IMG/VR virus record: IMGVR_UViG_3300032677_000006
DNA from: a virus
DNA length: 64,000 bases
Strand: one strand, 5' to 3'
Shown: positions 44,767 to 54,500 of the stretch, piece after piece
Position numbering within the stretch: position 1 is the stretch's first letter
Layout of the letters: each line of letters begins with the position of its first letter
Notes under the pieces: generated by a model
Told to the model about the DNA's origin: nothing
Database searches by the model: none
The model's input: the letters and a program-made list of their open reading frames with translations, nothing else
Program-made: the position numbers and the translations under genes

Positions 44767-45228
44767 ATGCCTGTGCTGCGTGATCCCACAACCCTGGCCG
44801 AGCGTATCGCTACGAAGCTGGAGACGTATCGGCAGCGGCTCAACGACATGGAGGACGCCCTGCAAGCCTGCCCGGTCCCGGTAGTCATCCGGGACGCCGA
44901 CGCCGAAGTCATCATTTTCGTCAACCGGGCGTATACGCACTGGCACGGCTTGACTATGGAGCAGATCAAAGCGGGCAAGTGGTCCGACATCTGGCTGCCG
45001 GAAGACCTCGCGCATGTCACCGCCTTTTGGAACAAAATCAAGGAAACGAAGGACAGCGGCTTAAACGTGCGCAGCCGCCAGGTGCGCTGGATGTGCCAGC
45101 CTTCCGGCGAGGTCAAGACCAGCCGGGCGCTGGGCCGGGCGCTGAGCAGCGGGGCGCTGGTGGCGTTCATTTACCCGGAAGGTTGCCTGGACACGGTGGT
45201 TACCGGCGAGGTCGTCATGGACGCGTAA
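44767..45228 (+). CDS. stand-alone PAS domain protein
   Basis: CPVPVVIRDADAEVIIFVNRAY...WSDIWLPEDL. Confidence 0.8.
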   Translation: MPVLRDPTTLAERIATKLETYRQRLNDMEDALQACPVPVVIRDADAEVIIFVNRAYTHWHGLTMEQIKAGKWSDIWLPEDLAHVTAFWNKIKETKDSGLNVRSRQVRWMCQPSGEVKTSRALGRALSSGALVAFIYPEGCLDTVVTGEVVMDA

Positions 45229-45243
45229 GCAGTTCTATACCGC

Positions 45244-45480
45244 ATGGACATCCTTAAACTGCCAAAAGAGCAACAAGCCAAGTGGCTGCAACAGCGCGGC
45301 TGGGAACCCCACCCTGACCGGCCCAATGTTTTCTTTGAGCCGAGCACGCGCGCCACGTACTACCTGACGGTCGCGCTGACCCGGGCTTTGGACGAGTGCC
45401 ACATGGACTCCGACCGTGAACTCAAACCCGAAGCCCCGACGCGCAAGGACGACGCGCCCTTCCCCAAACCACGTCAGTGA
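45244..45480 (+). CDS. hypothetical protein
   Basis: GTTCT 7 nt upstream. Confidence 0.6.
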   Translation: MDILKLPKEQQAKWLQQRGWEPHPDRPNVFFEPSTRATYYLTVALTRALDECHMDSDRELKPEAPTRKDDAPFPKPRQ

Positions 45481-45519
45481 TAGAAGCCTTCGTTGTAGAA
45501 GACGTCCTGGTTGTCGTCG

Positions 45520-46404
45520 TCAATCACGGTAGTTGATGAACGCCTTCAGGGTTTCCTGAGAATCCAGCTGACACCGGGTGGCCGCCGTGTACAGTCGCCG
45601 CAGGTCCTCAGCGGCCACGCCATCCAGCGCAATGTCCGTCGTGTCCGTCGGCGCTACCCGAAAGTAGCCTCCCGGCAGCACCTGGCGCAGAATGTAGTCC
45701 GGCAGCTCGTCATTGGCGGCGAACGTGAGGTTGAAGGTCTCCACGGCCACCTTGAAAATGTTGGCGCTCACCAGGCGCTTGGCCGCGTAGCAACTGCTGC
45801 TCTCGCCGCAGGACAGGGATAAAATGCGCAGCGGCTCGCCAGGCCACAGCCTGACCGCTTCCGCCACGGCGCACAGCGTCGGATTATTGGCGACATTGCC
45901 GCCGTCCCAGAACACCCGGTTGCCGATTTCGTAGGCCGGGAAGTACGACTGGGCGGCGCTACTGGCCCGGCTCACCTGCCAGAGCTTGTAGTCTTCGTGC
46001 TGATTGGCGGGCGACTTAAAAAAATACGGCGCATACGCGTTCATGTCGAAGGCAGGCACCAGCAGGCTTTTCTTACACTGGGACAGGGTTACCTCGCCCA
46101 GACGGGCGCGCAGCTGCCGTTCAATGACGGCTCCGGAATAGCGCGGGCGCAAGATTCCCCTCCAGCCCAAAAACTGCCGACGCCCAAAAATGATCGGGCC
46201 GTCGTACGTGAAAAATCCCATCGCGGTGTGCGCCGTTTTACCGCTGGCCAGCAGGCAGGCCAGGATGCCGCCGATGGACGTGCCTGCGAACATGTCGAAG
46301 ATTTCGGTGCAGGCTTTGCCGGTTTGCAATTCCAGGTCGGCCAGTACCGAGCACGGCACGTAGCCCCGCATGCCGCCGCCGTCGATGGAACAGATGGTTT
46401 TCAT
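45520..46404 (-). CDS. patatin-like phospholipase
   Basis: SIDGGGMRG, GTSIG, ASSAA, DGGNVANNP. Confidence 0.95.
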   Translation of the reverse strand: MKTICSIDGGGMRGYVPCSVLADLELQTGKACTEIFDMFAGTSIGGILACLLASGKTAHTAMGFFTYDGPIIFGRRQFLGWRGILRPRYSGAVIERQLRARLGEVTLSQCKKSLLVPAFDMNAYAPYFFKSPANQHEDYKLWQVSRASSAAQSYFPAYEIGNRVFWDGGNVANNPTLCAVAEAVRLWPGEPLRILSLSCGESSSCYAAKRLVSANIFKVAVETFNLTFAANDELPDYILRQVLPGGYFRVAPTDTTDIALDGVAAEDLRRLYTAATRCQLDSQETLKAFINYRD

Positions 46405-46679
46405 TCTTGAAACCAGCTTAGCTCGCCGGTGTAGGGATTCAACAGTCCGGTGGCCTCGTGCGGCATCGAAGTAAGTTCGTTGGGCAAAAACCGGTCAGCT
46501 GACTCCAGGTTGTCCACCCAGCCGTACTCGTTGGACCAGTACAGTCGTTCTGAATGGCTCGCCCAGGGATGGCGCTCGCTGACGATCACCAGGCGGGCCA
46601 AGTCCTTGAGCTGGCTTTGCGCCAGCTCAAGGTCAATGTCATCGGAATCTTGGATTAGCCGCTTAGCCCTGCTCGTCAC
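46401..46679 (-). CDS. hypothetical protein with LIQD N-terminal motif
   Basis: MTSRAKRLIQDSDDIDL; YWSNEYGW; GTACTTA upstream. Confidence 0.6.
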   Translation of the reverse strand: MTSRAKRLIQDSDDIDLELAQSQLKDLARLVIVSERHPWASHSERLYWSNEYGWVDNLESADRFLPNELTSMPHEATGLLNPYTGELSWFQE

Positions 46680-47011
46680 TTCTTAAGTACGCCCTCGGCG
46701 GCCAGCGGCATGAACTTAGGTGCCACCGTGTCCATGATCACCTTCCGCAGACGCGGGGCCAGGAAATCGGCAGCCGCGTAGGCTAGCTCTGAGCCGTTGC
46801 GGTAGTCCGCCCGGAACTTCGCGCCCACGGCCCGCTGCGCCTTGGAGATGCGGTACTGCGCCTGGGCCACCGTGATGTTGGCCTTGCTGGCAATCGCGCG
46901 CGTGGACAGGCCGCACTGCGCCCAGACGGCCACCTGCGTTTCCTGACTGTCCGCCGAAAAGACCAGCCAGTGCCGGTGCGTCTTGACGCCGTTTTTGCTA
47001 CTCCTTGACAT
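46676..47011 (-). CDS. HTH DNA-binding protein
   Basis: GLSTRAIASKANITVAQAQYRI. Confidence 0.6.
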   Translation of the reverse strand: MSRSSKNGVKTHRHWLVFSADSQETQVAVWAQCGLSTRAIASKANITVAQAQYRISKAQRAVGAKFRADYRNGSELAYAAADFLAPRLRKVIMDTVAPKFMPLAAEGVLKK

Positions 47012-47546
47012 AGGTCACCTTTCTTCCGTCTACACGGACATCATGGCCTTGCAGGATCAAGGTGCCAATTTCGCGCCCGAACATCGCGGCGCGCAAGTCA
47101 CAGCCGCAGTCCGGACAGAAAGCCATTTTCAGGGTGATGGGTGCGGGCGCTTCGGGCTTGGCCGGTTTTTCCGGCTTGGAGTCCAGGGCTTTGGCCTCAT
47201 TGTAAAACTTGCTGGACGTGCTGTTGGAAGCCAGCGCCTCGATGCCGGTGGCGTCGAACGCGGCCTCCACGCAGGCAGCCTGGGTCGGATACTCCTCGTG
47301 GTGCTTGACGATAAACGCCAGGGCCGCCTGGCGCTGTTCCGGGGTAATGCGCACGCGCTTGCGCTTGCGCCGTCCCAGCAGCACTGCCGGGTCGTAGCCC
47401 GTGCCGTAGCCGTTGCGTGTTTTCGTGAGCGCTGGATGCGCCCGCAGGGTGTGCATCCGGAGCGCCTGCTCGGCGCTCAGCTCAGTTTCCTTGGTGAATG
47501 TTTTGTCGCACTGGCGACATTTTGAGGTACGTAATGATGTCTTCAT
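46998..47546 (-). CDS. protein with C2H2-like zinc finger and Zn knuckle
   Basis: CRQC...LRMHTLRAH; FCPDCG. Confidence 0.6.
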   Translation of the reverse strand: MKTSLRTSKCRQCDKTFTKETELSAEQALRMHTLRAHPALTKTRNGYGTGYDPAVLLGRRKRKRVRITPEQRQAALAFIVKHHEEYPTQAACVEAAFDATGIEALASNSTSSKFYNEAKALDSKPEKPAKPEAPAPITLKMAFCPDCGCDLRAAMFGREIGTLILQGHDVRVDGRKVTYVKE

Positions 47547-47548
47547 GT

Positions 47549-49567
47549 CTATTCTGTGGTTGCGGCCACCCGCGCTTCACCCATCATCTCGTAGAGCTGA
47601 TCTTCGTCGATGACGTTGACGCCGCGTTTACGGGCAGCCTCGGTTTTAGTTGCTCCTGCGTCTGACCCGGCCACTAGGTAGGTCACGGCCTTGGTCACGC
47701 TTCCCTTTACTGTGCCACCGGCAGCGACAATCAGGTCCTGGAGTTTTTCCCGAGGAACCGAGTGTGCGCCGGTGATACAGAAAACTTTGCCTGACAGCAC
47801 CCCGGCACTCCCGCCGACGCGCCGCATTTCAAATCCAATGGCGGAGAGCTGCTCCACTTCAGCGAAATGCTGCTCCAGCCAGTTAACCAGCTCGCGGGTA
47901 CAAGACTCCCCGATCAAGGCTTGCAGGGTAGTCGTGTCTGCACCTTCCGCGTTGCGCATCGCCAAGTCGTCCGGAGTCCAGTACGCGGTCTCCACGGCCT
48001 CGCCCAGGCACGACCAGCGGGCCGCAATGTCCTGGCAGTAATTGACGCCCAGGCCATCCACGCCCAGGGCGTGTAGCTTGCGCCAGTACGGAGCCTGCTT
48101 GGCCTTCTCCCGGCCTGTAATCAACTTCTGGCGGGCCGCTGGCTTGAGGTAGTCCAGGTGCTCCACTGTCAGCAGATCGTACAGGCTGCGCACACCATGG
48201 CGCATCAGCTCCATGATCAAAGCCTCGCCGCAGCCGTCGATGTCCAGGGCGGACTTGCCGCACGCGTGCTTCAGCCTGGCCAGCACCTGGTCAGCGCAGT
48301 CCTGGTTGGGGCAGTACCAGTCAACGTAGTCTTTAGGCCGATACAGTTTGGCCTTGCAGCACGGGCAGGACATGGGCAGGTGATAGACGCCCGGCACTTT
48401 CTTTTTGGCCACGCCCATCACCTTGGGAATGATCTCCGCTGACTTTTCCACCAGCACGTCGTCGCCAATGCCAAGGCCCAGACGCGCGATCTCGTCGGCG
48501 TTGCACAAGGAAGCCCGGCGCACGATGGTGCCGCTCAAGTACACCGGCTTGAGTTCCGCCACCGGCGTGATCTTGCCGCTGCGGCCCACCTGTAGCGTGA
48601 TCTCCAGCAGCTCGGTGGCTTTACGCTCCGGCGGGAACTTGAAACAGCAGGCGTACTTGGGGTACTTCGTGCCCTCGCCCAGTTCACGCTGCTTGACCAG
48701 GCTGTCCACCTTGAACACCAGGCCGTCGGTAGGCAGGTCCAGGAATTTGCGGGCGTCATCTGCCGCCGCGATTTGTCTCTCCAGGGCCTCCACCGTGGTG
48801 AACGTAAGGCGACTCGACACGCACAGGTCGGTGCCGGTCTTGGGCAGCCACCGCACGTTCTGGAAACCTAGCAGCGCCAGTTTGTCGGTGACCAGCGTCT
48901 GGCTGGTCACGCCGGTCAATTCGGTGATCAGCCCGTAGGCCACGAAGCTTAGTTTACGCGCGGCCACCTCCTTGGGTTGCTTCAACTTGAGCGAGCCGGT
49001 GGCGGCGTTACGGGGGTTGGCGAACAGCGGCTCGCCCTGGGCTTCCAGCTGGGCATTCAACTCGTTGAACACCGTGTAGCGCATGTAGACTTCTCCGACC
49101 ACCGTCAGGTCCAACGGCTCCGTCAACCGCAGCGGTATCGTCTTGATGGTCTTGGCTGCCGTGGTAACGTCCTCGCCCTCGTTGCCGTCGCCCCGGGTGA
49201 TCGCCTGGACGAACCGGCCCTTGCGGTAAAACAGCTTCAACGAACAACCATCAATCTTTGGTTCCAAGCAGACGGTGGTGCCGGTGCCGAGGTACGCCAG
49301 CAGCTCGGCGGCAGTGAACGTGTTCTCCAGGGAGAGCATGCGCACGGAATGCCGGACCGGGGCCGCGTCCGTCACCGGCGCGCCGATCCGCTGGGTCGGG
49401 GAATCTGGGTCGATCAATTCCGGGTAACGTGTTTCGAGGGCGACCAGCTCCTGATACAGGCGGTCGTAGTCGGCATCCGTGAAGGCGGAATCGGCCCGAA
49501 CATAGTAGGCGTAACTGGCTGAGTGCAATAGTTCGCGCAGCTGGCGCACGCGTAGATTAGCATCCAT
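47549..49567 (-). CDS. ligA: NAD+-dependent DNA ligase
   Basis: MLSLEN, EPKIDG, TRGDG, FANPRN, DGLVFK, Zn finger, C-terminal BRCT. Confidence 0.97.
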   Translation of the reverse strand: MDANLRVRQLRELLHSASYAYYVRADSAFTDADYDRLYQELVALETRYPELIDPDSPTQRIGAPVTDAAPVRHSVRMLSLENTFTAAELLAYLGTGTTVCLEPKIDGCSLKLFYRKGRFVQAITRGDGNEGEDVTTAAKTIKTIPLRLTEPLDLTVVGEVYMRYTVFNELNAQLEAQGEPLFANPRNAATGSLKLKQPKEVAARKLSFVAYGLITELTGVTSQTLVTDKLALLGFQNVRWLPKTGTDLCVSSRLTFTTVEALERQIAAADDARKFLDLPTDGLVFKVDSLVKQRELGEGTKYPKYACCFKFPPERKATELLEITLQVGRSGKITPVAELKPVYLSGTIVRRASLCNADEIARLGLGIGDDVLVEKSAEIIPKVMGVAKKKVPGVYHLPMSCPCCKAKLYRPKDYVDWYCPNQDCADQVLARLKHACGKSALDIDGCGEALIMELMRHGVRSLYDLLTVEHLDYLKPAARQKLITGREKAKQAPYWRKLHALGVDGLGVNYCQDIAARWSCLGEAVETAYWTPDDLAMRNAEGADTTTLQALIGESCTRELVNWLEQHFAEVEQLSAIGFEMRRVGGSAGVLSGKVFCITGAHSVPREKLQDLIVAAGGTVKGSVTKAVTYLVAGSDAGATKTEAARKRGVNVIDEDQLYEMMGEARVAATTE

Positions 49568-49739
49568 AGGTTGTTGGCATCGGTACGGTTAAATGTATAC
49601 GTTTACAAAAACAAGGCAACACAATTTTCAATTAAAGCTTAAGAACTAAAGGACTTAATTGCAGCCATCATCACTTTTCAGTTCTCAATCTAGCGGCGCA
49701 GCATAGCGCAGCTCCGCCCCAAAGTAAACATTAAATTTT

Positions 49740-50012
49740 ATGCTCGAACAACAAATCGAACACTACGCGCTGCTGGCCGCGATCTGCCTGCTGATACCCA
49801 CGCTGCTGCTGGCCATGCTTGCACTGGTGGTGGTGATGCTGGGAAGAGGGTCGGTCAGCCGACCGGAAGTCGGCCCGTTTTGCGCCGGGTGCGCCCAGCC
49901 ACTGCGGGCTGATCCCGTCAGCGCCCTGGCCACGGACCAGGTTTCCCTGGTCGTCTACGAATGTCCGCGCTGCCGGACGAAGACGTACCTGCCTAACGGC
50001 GGGGCCGAATGA
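49740..50012 (+). CDS. membrane-anchored Zn-ribbon protein
   Basis: TM helix then CAGC...CPRC. Confidence 0.6.
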   Translation: MLEQQIEHYALLAAICLLIPTLLLAMLALVVVMLGRGSVSRPEVGPFCAGCAQPLRADPVSALATDQVSLVVYECPRCRTKTYLPNGGAE

Positions 50013-51318
50013 GCCGCCGCGCCAGGCTTTCCTGTTGCTGACCGGCTTGCTCGTCGCGCATGGCGCGCACCAGCTCCGCGATGTACTGACGACCCTCGGG
50101 GCTTTCGCTCAAAATTTCCTGCATGCGCTGGTTGAACTCGCCGGAGGGCAAGGTAACCAGGTGCCGGAAAATGCGCGTCATGAACTCGCTGCCGTCGGCC
50201 TGGTTGACGATGTGATTCAGGTGCCGCCAGACGCCGGGACCTTGCATGATGTCCCACTGCTCGTTGCCCAAGGTGTCAGATTTGTTGTAGGCGTACTCCC
50301 GGGTTTCGTTCGGGTCGTCCTCGTTGTGGGCCAGAAACTCGTATAGGCCCTTCACGATCTCCTGGATCAGAATCGGGAAGCAGATGGCGTACGCCTTGAC
50401 CACCCAGGCTCCGTCGCCAGGGTCTTGCTCAATTTCCTCCATCCCGCCCGCGCCCTCGCCGGAACCCATCATCTGGTTCAAGGTCGGCTCCGGCATGGCC
50501 CAGTACATCAACTCGCCGATGGACACGGCCTTGCCGTAGGTGTTCAAAATCTGTGGATCAATGGCGCGCAGCTCGTCGGCAATCTCGTGGTACGCGTAGT
50601 TTTTATTGATCGCCGCGCCCTGGATCATCATGTTGATGAACTGGCGCTTGCCGGACTCCACGTCCAGCTCCTGGCGAATTTCCGGGACCTGCAAGCCCAT
50701 CTCCTGGGCCTTTTCCTCGTCCGGCTCCTGCGGGTCTACCTGCATTCGCCCCAGCGCTCCCTGGCCGCGCTCGTTCTCTTCCGGCTCTTCACCTTCCGGT
50801 TCATCCCGGCGGCCCACGTTGCGCATCTCAGGCGGATCAACCAGCCTGGCTTCAATGCGCAGCGCACCGCTTTCAAGGGCGGCGGCCACGTCCCGGAATT
50901 CGGGCAAGCCAAGCACCACACGAACGGCGGCCTGCTCCAGCTGTCGACGATGCGGCGCTTCGATACGCATGGCTTGCATAATGGCCTGCTGCATCTCACC
51001 CGCCAGCTGCATCGGGTGGGTGCGGCGGGGATCGCGACCGGTATACTGCTGCACTTTCTGCATGATGCCCGGGTACACGTGCGACGCCACCAGCTCTCCG
51101 TAATTCTGGGTGGGGTCGACGCGCTGGGCCGGTTCCTCGGGCCGGTAGGGCGCGCCGGGACGCCGGGCCGGTTTCTGCTGCGGCCACGCCGCGTTCTGGC
51201 TGTGCGGATCGGCGCGCCGTCCAATTTTCTGCTTCTTCGCCGGATCAATAAAGTCCGGCGCGTTGTTCAAATCCATCGCCATCTCGGTAAGAACGAGCTT
51301 GGCCAGCGACTTTTTCAT
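49993..51318 (-). CDS. helical protein with VLTE N-terminal motif (putative head-internal protein)
   Basis: MKKSLAKLVLTEM; coupled to upstream gene. Confidence 0.7.
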   Translation of the reverse strand: MKKSLAKLVLTEMAMDLNNAPDFIDPAKKQKIGRRADPHSQNAAWPQQKPARRPGAPYRPEEPAQRVDPTQNYGELVASHVYPGIMQKVQQYTGRDPRRTHPMQLAGEMQQAIMQAMRIEAPHRRQLEQAAVRVVLGLPEFRDVAAALESGALRIEARLVDPPEMRNVGRRDEPEGEEPEENERGQGALGRMQVDPQEPDEEKAQEMGLQVPEIRQELDVESGKRQFINMMIQGAAINKNYAYHEIADELRAIDPQILNTYGKAVSIGELMYWAMPEPTLNQMMGSGEGAGGMEEIEQDPGDGAWVVKAYAICFPILIQEIVKGLYEFLAHNEDDPNETREYAYNKSDTLGNEQWDIMQGPGVWRHLNHIVNQADGSEFMTRIFRHLVTLPSGEFNQRMQEILSESPEGRQYIAELVRAMRDEQAGQQQESLARRLIRPRR

Positions 51319-51575
51319 TGCCGTCCTTGAATCATTGCTTTGGCTCGCGACGCGCGGCATGGCGCGCACGGTTCACACGCTTTGGGGCGCGGCAACGGAC
51401 CCGGATGCACGCCCGGCTTGCCAGGGCGGATAAACGGGTTAGGGAAACGCTGGGGACGCCCAGGCGCGGTGCCGGGCGACGTGCCAGGTCCGGGAGCCGT
51501 TTTGGGCGGCGCTTTTACCGGCGCGGGCGGGGCTTCGGTTGGACCAAGGCGTTCAAATAGTTCACGTGCTCTCAT
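51315..51575 (-). CDS. Pro-rich small protein with LFE N-terminal motif
   Basis: MRARELFER; GTACTTA upstream. Confidence 0.6.
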   Translation of the reverse strand: MRARELFERLGPTEAPPAPVKAPPKTAPGPGTSPGTAPGRPQRFPNPFIRPGKPGVHPGPLPRPKACEPCAPCRASRAKAMIQGRQ

Positions 51576-51593
51576 GCTTCAATAAGTACAGCC

Positions 51594-54500
51594 TCAATGC
51601 GCCGCCGGAGACAGCAGCTTGTCCCAATCCGGATTATCGCCCTGGACCTTTTTCATCTTGAGGTAGTCGATGCCGATTTCCGCATCCCCGGTGAAGGGCA
51701 GGATCATCCACGACTGGTCGAACTCCGAGCCAAACAGCTGGTCGAAAACGGTCGGGAAGTTGTTCAGCACGTCCGTCACGATCTGGTAAACCTGGGGCAG
51801 CTCTGCCCGCACCGTGTCGATCAGTAGGGAGTCGTGGACCGTGGAAACCAGGAGCGACTCCAGCCCGGCGTCCCGCATCAGCTGCTCGATGCAGAACAAG
51901 GCGGTGAGCATCATGTCCGAGGCCGTAGACTGAATCAGGTGGTTGCATCCGGCGCGCAGGGCCTTGCTGCGGGCCTCGCGATCCTCGCCCCGAATCTCGT
52001 CGAACAGGCGCACCCGGCCAAACATAGAAACGGCCAGGGCTTCCTTCTCGATGAAGCTCTTGTAGTTGCTGAGCAGACGGCGCACCGACGGGTAGCTGTC
52101 GAAAAACAGTTCAATGATTTGCTCGCACTCTTCCAGCGGCTTGTCGATGTCTTTCATGGCCAGCACATTTTGCAGGCCGAACGCGCCGCCGCCGTAACCG
52201 GTGAGAAAGTTGCAGGTCTTGGCGATATTCCGCTTGGTGTCCAACTCCTTGGCGATGTCGTCCTTGCCCGAATCCTGGAGCTTTTTCATGTGCTCCTTGG
52301 AGAATTCGTCGTACTGCATTTCAAAAATGCGGCTGGCTGTCAGCGTGTGCAAATCGACGTTGTCGTGGTACGCCTTGACCATTGTCGGGTCGCCGGAGAT
52401 GGCGGCCAGCAGCCGCAGTTCGATCTGGGACAAGTCCGCGTTGAACACGCACCCGCGCGCGCCAAACCGGGAAGTGAACAGCGCCTTGACCACACCGTCC
52501 CGGGGCAGCTGTTGCAGGTTGGGGTCCTTGCACGACAGGCGGCCACCCCGCGTGCCGGTCATCAGGAAGCTGGCGTGAATGCAGCCGTCGAAACACAGGT
52601 GGGCGTCGGCCTTGCGCGCCTTCTTGTCCACCTCGGTCTTGATGTTTTGCAGCGGGCGGATGTAGGTGGAGTACAGCTTGAACAGCTTGCGGTAGTTGCG
52701 CAGGGGACGCAGGTGCTCAAACTGCACGGTCAGTTTGTTGAGCGTAAATTTGTCTACGGCGGCGTAGGGCACCAGCGCCTGGTTGACGTAGTGGTCCCGC
52801 TCGCTGGGCGACACCGTGGACAGCGCGTGCGAGTTGAACATGCGCTGCTTGATGGCGTCTACGTTGTCCGTGCCGTACGTCGTCGCGTAATAAAGGCGGC
52901 CCTGCTTGGTCAGGCGCAGCACCGGCAGGCGCAGGCGGTCGAACAGCAGCTCCTTGAGCTGGGTCTTGTTTTCCAGGTCCAGGTTCCAGCTGGGATCGTC
53001 GTTGCGCTTGTCCGAGCAGTAGGTGCGGATGGCCTCGCTGATCTTCGCCAGGTTTTCCCGCTCTTCGGCGATCTGCTTGGGCATGATGTTGCTGAACTCC
53101 GCCAGGGCCTCCTGGTCAATGTACAGCCCCCGGGCCATCATCTTCATCAGCACCCGGGCCGCCGGACTCATGATGTTTTCGTAGACCCAGTTGCGATCCT
53201 GCGGCTGGTAATAGCGGAAGCGGCCCAGCGCCTCGGGGTCCGCGATGGGAATCTCGTACCGCTGCGAAATCTCCAGCTTCTCTTTCAGCCGCTCGTACGC
53301 CCGGTAGGCCACTTCCACGTCACCCATTATGTAGGGCACCAGGTGGCTATCCGTCTTATCCTTCGGGCAGTTCAAGTAGTGGCCGCCTTGACCGTCAGCG
53401 GGATTCATGTCCTCGCCGTGCAGATCAATCATCAAGGTCATGTCCTCCTCGTAGCCCGCCAGGTCCGGCACCTCCTTGTAGGCCAGCACCTCCAGGCCCA
53501 GGCTGCCGCGCTCCTGCTTGTGGGCGAACGCCATGTGCCAGGTGTCGTAACGACAGGCGTCGGCCAGCGCCCGCATCACCCGGTCCCGCTCCATGTTGAT
53601 TTTTCGATTACCGTAGCCGCTCTTCGCGCCGGAAGTGTACTCAGGGTTCAGCGTGGCCCAGCTGAACAGCATGTCGAACGTGATGTTGTGGCCGATCAAC
53701 GTGGACTGGGTCAGCACCTTCCAGAGGGGCTTGCGCAGCCGGTCCATGTGCTTGTGCATTTCCCACCGGTCGGTGTCCCAGGGAAAGCCCAGGGAGCGCG
53801 GCTCGCTGGTCTCCGGGTCAAGCCAGCGGAACATCATGCTGACGATCCGGGCGTTGCCCCGCTCCAGCACCATCTTGCGACTTTCCGGGACCGCGCCCAG
53901 GGCGAAGTCAGGCACATTGATCTTGCGCCACACCGTCTCCCAGGGGCGCAACCCGGTGGTTTCCGTGTCGTAACAGACCAGCATCCCGGGGTGCTTCAGG
54001 ATTTCGTCCAGCCCGGCCTCCACCACCGCCGGATCGTCTGTGAACCGGTACCAGGGCCGCAGATAGTTCGGCTCCTCCACGCCCTCGCGGGCCATGGTCA
54101 GCGCCCGGATGATGCTGTTACGGTACTGCTTGTTCAGCAGCGGGTTCTGGTCTTTGTAGACAAGCTTCGGGTGCTGGATTGGCACCATGGGCACGCGCCA
54201 GTCGGGAATCTGGCCGAAAATGGGATGGCCAACCACGGTCTTAGCCGGGTCGCGCGGGTCCGGACGCGGCAGCGCGTAGCGCGGATCGGTCAGGAAATCG
54301 TCCGGCCAGCCCCGGTAGGTCAGCAGGCGACCGCTCCACTCCTGGGCGTTGGACTTGTGCGACATCAGCCCCAGGGTGTTGGAGCCGACCGGGATGATCA
54401 GCTGCGGGCGGTAACGGATCAAGTCGTCGATGACGTGGTAGCGGCACCATTGGCCGCGCGACTTCACATTGATCTTCTTGGACCCCCGGTTGGAGCAGCG

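Noticed and set aside
45520-46404. CBASS defence system
   Set aside because: No CD-NTase or Cap2/Cap3 genes nearby
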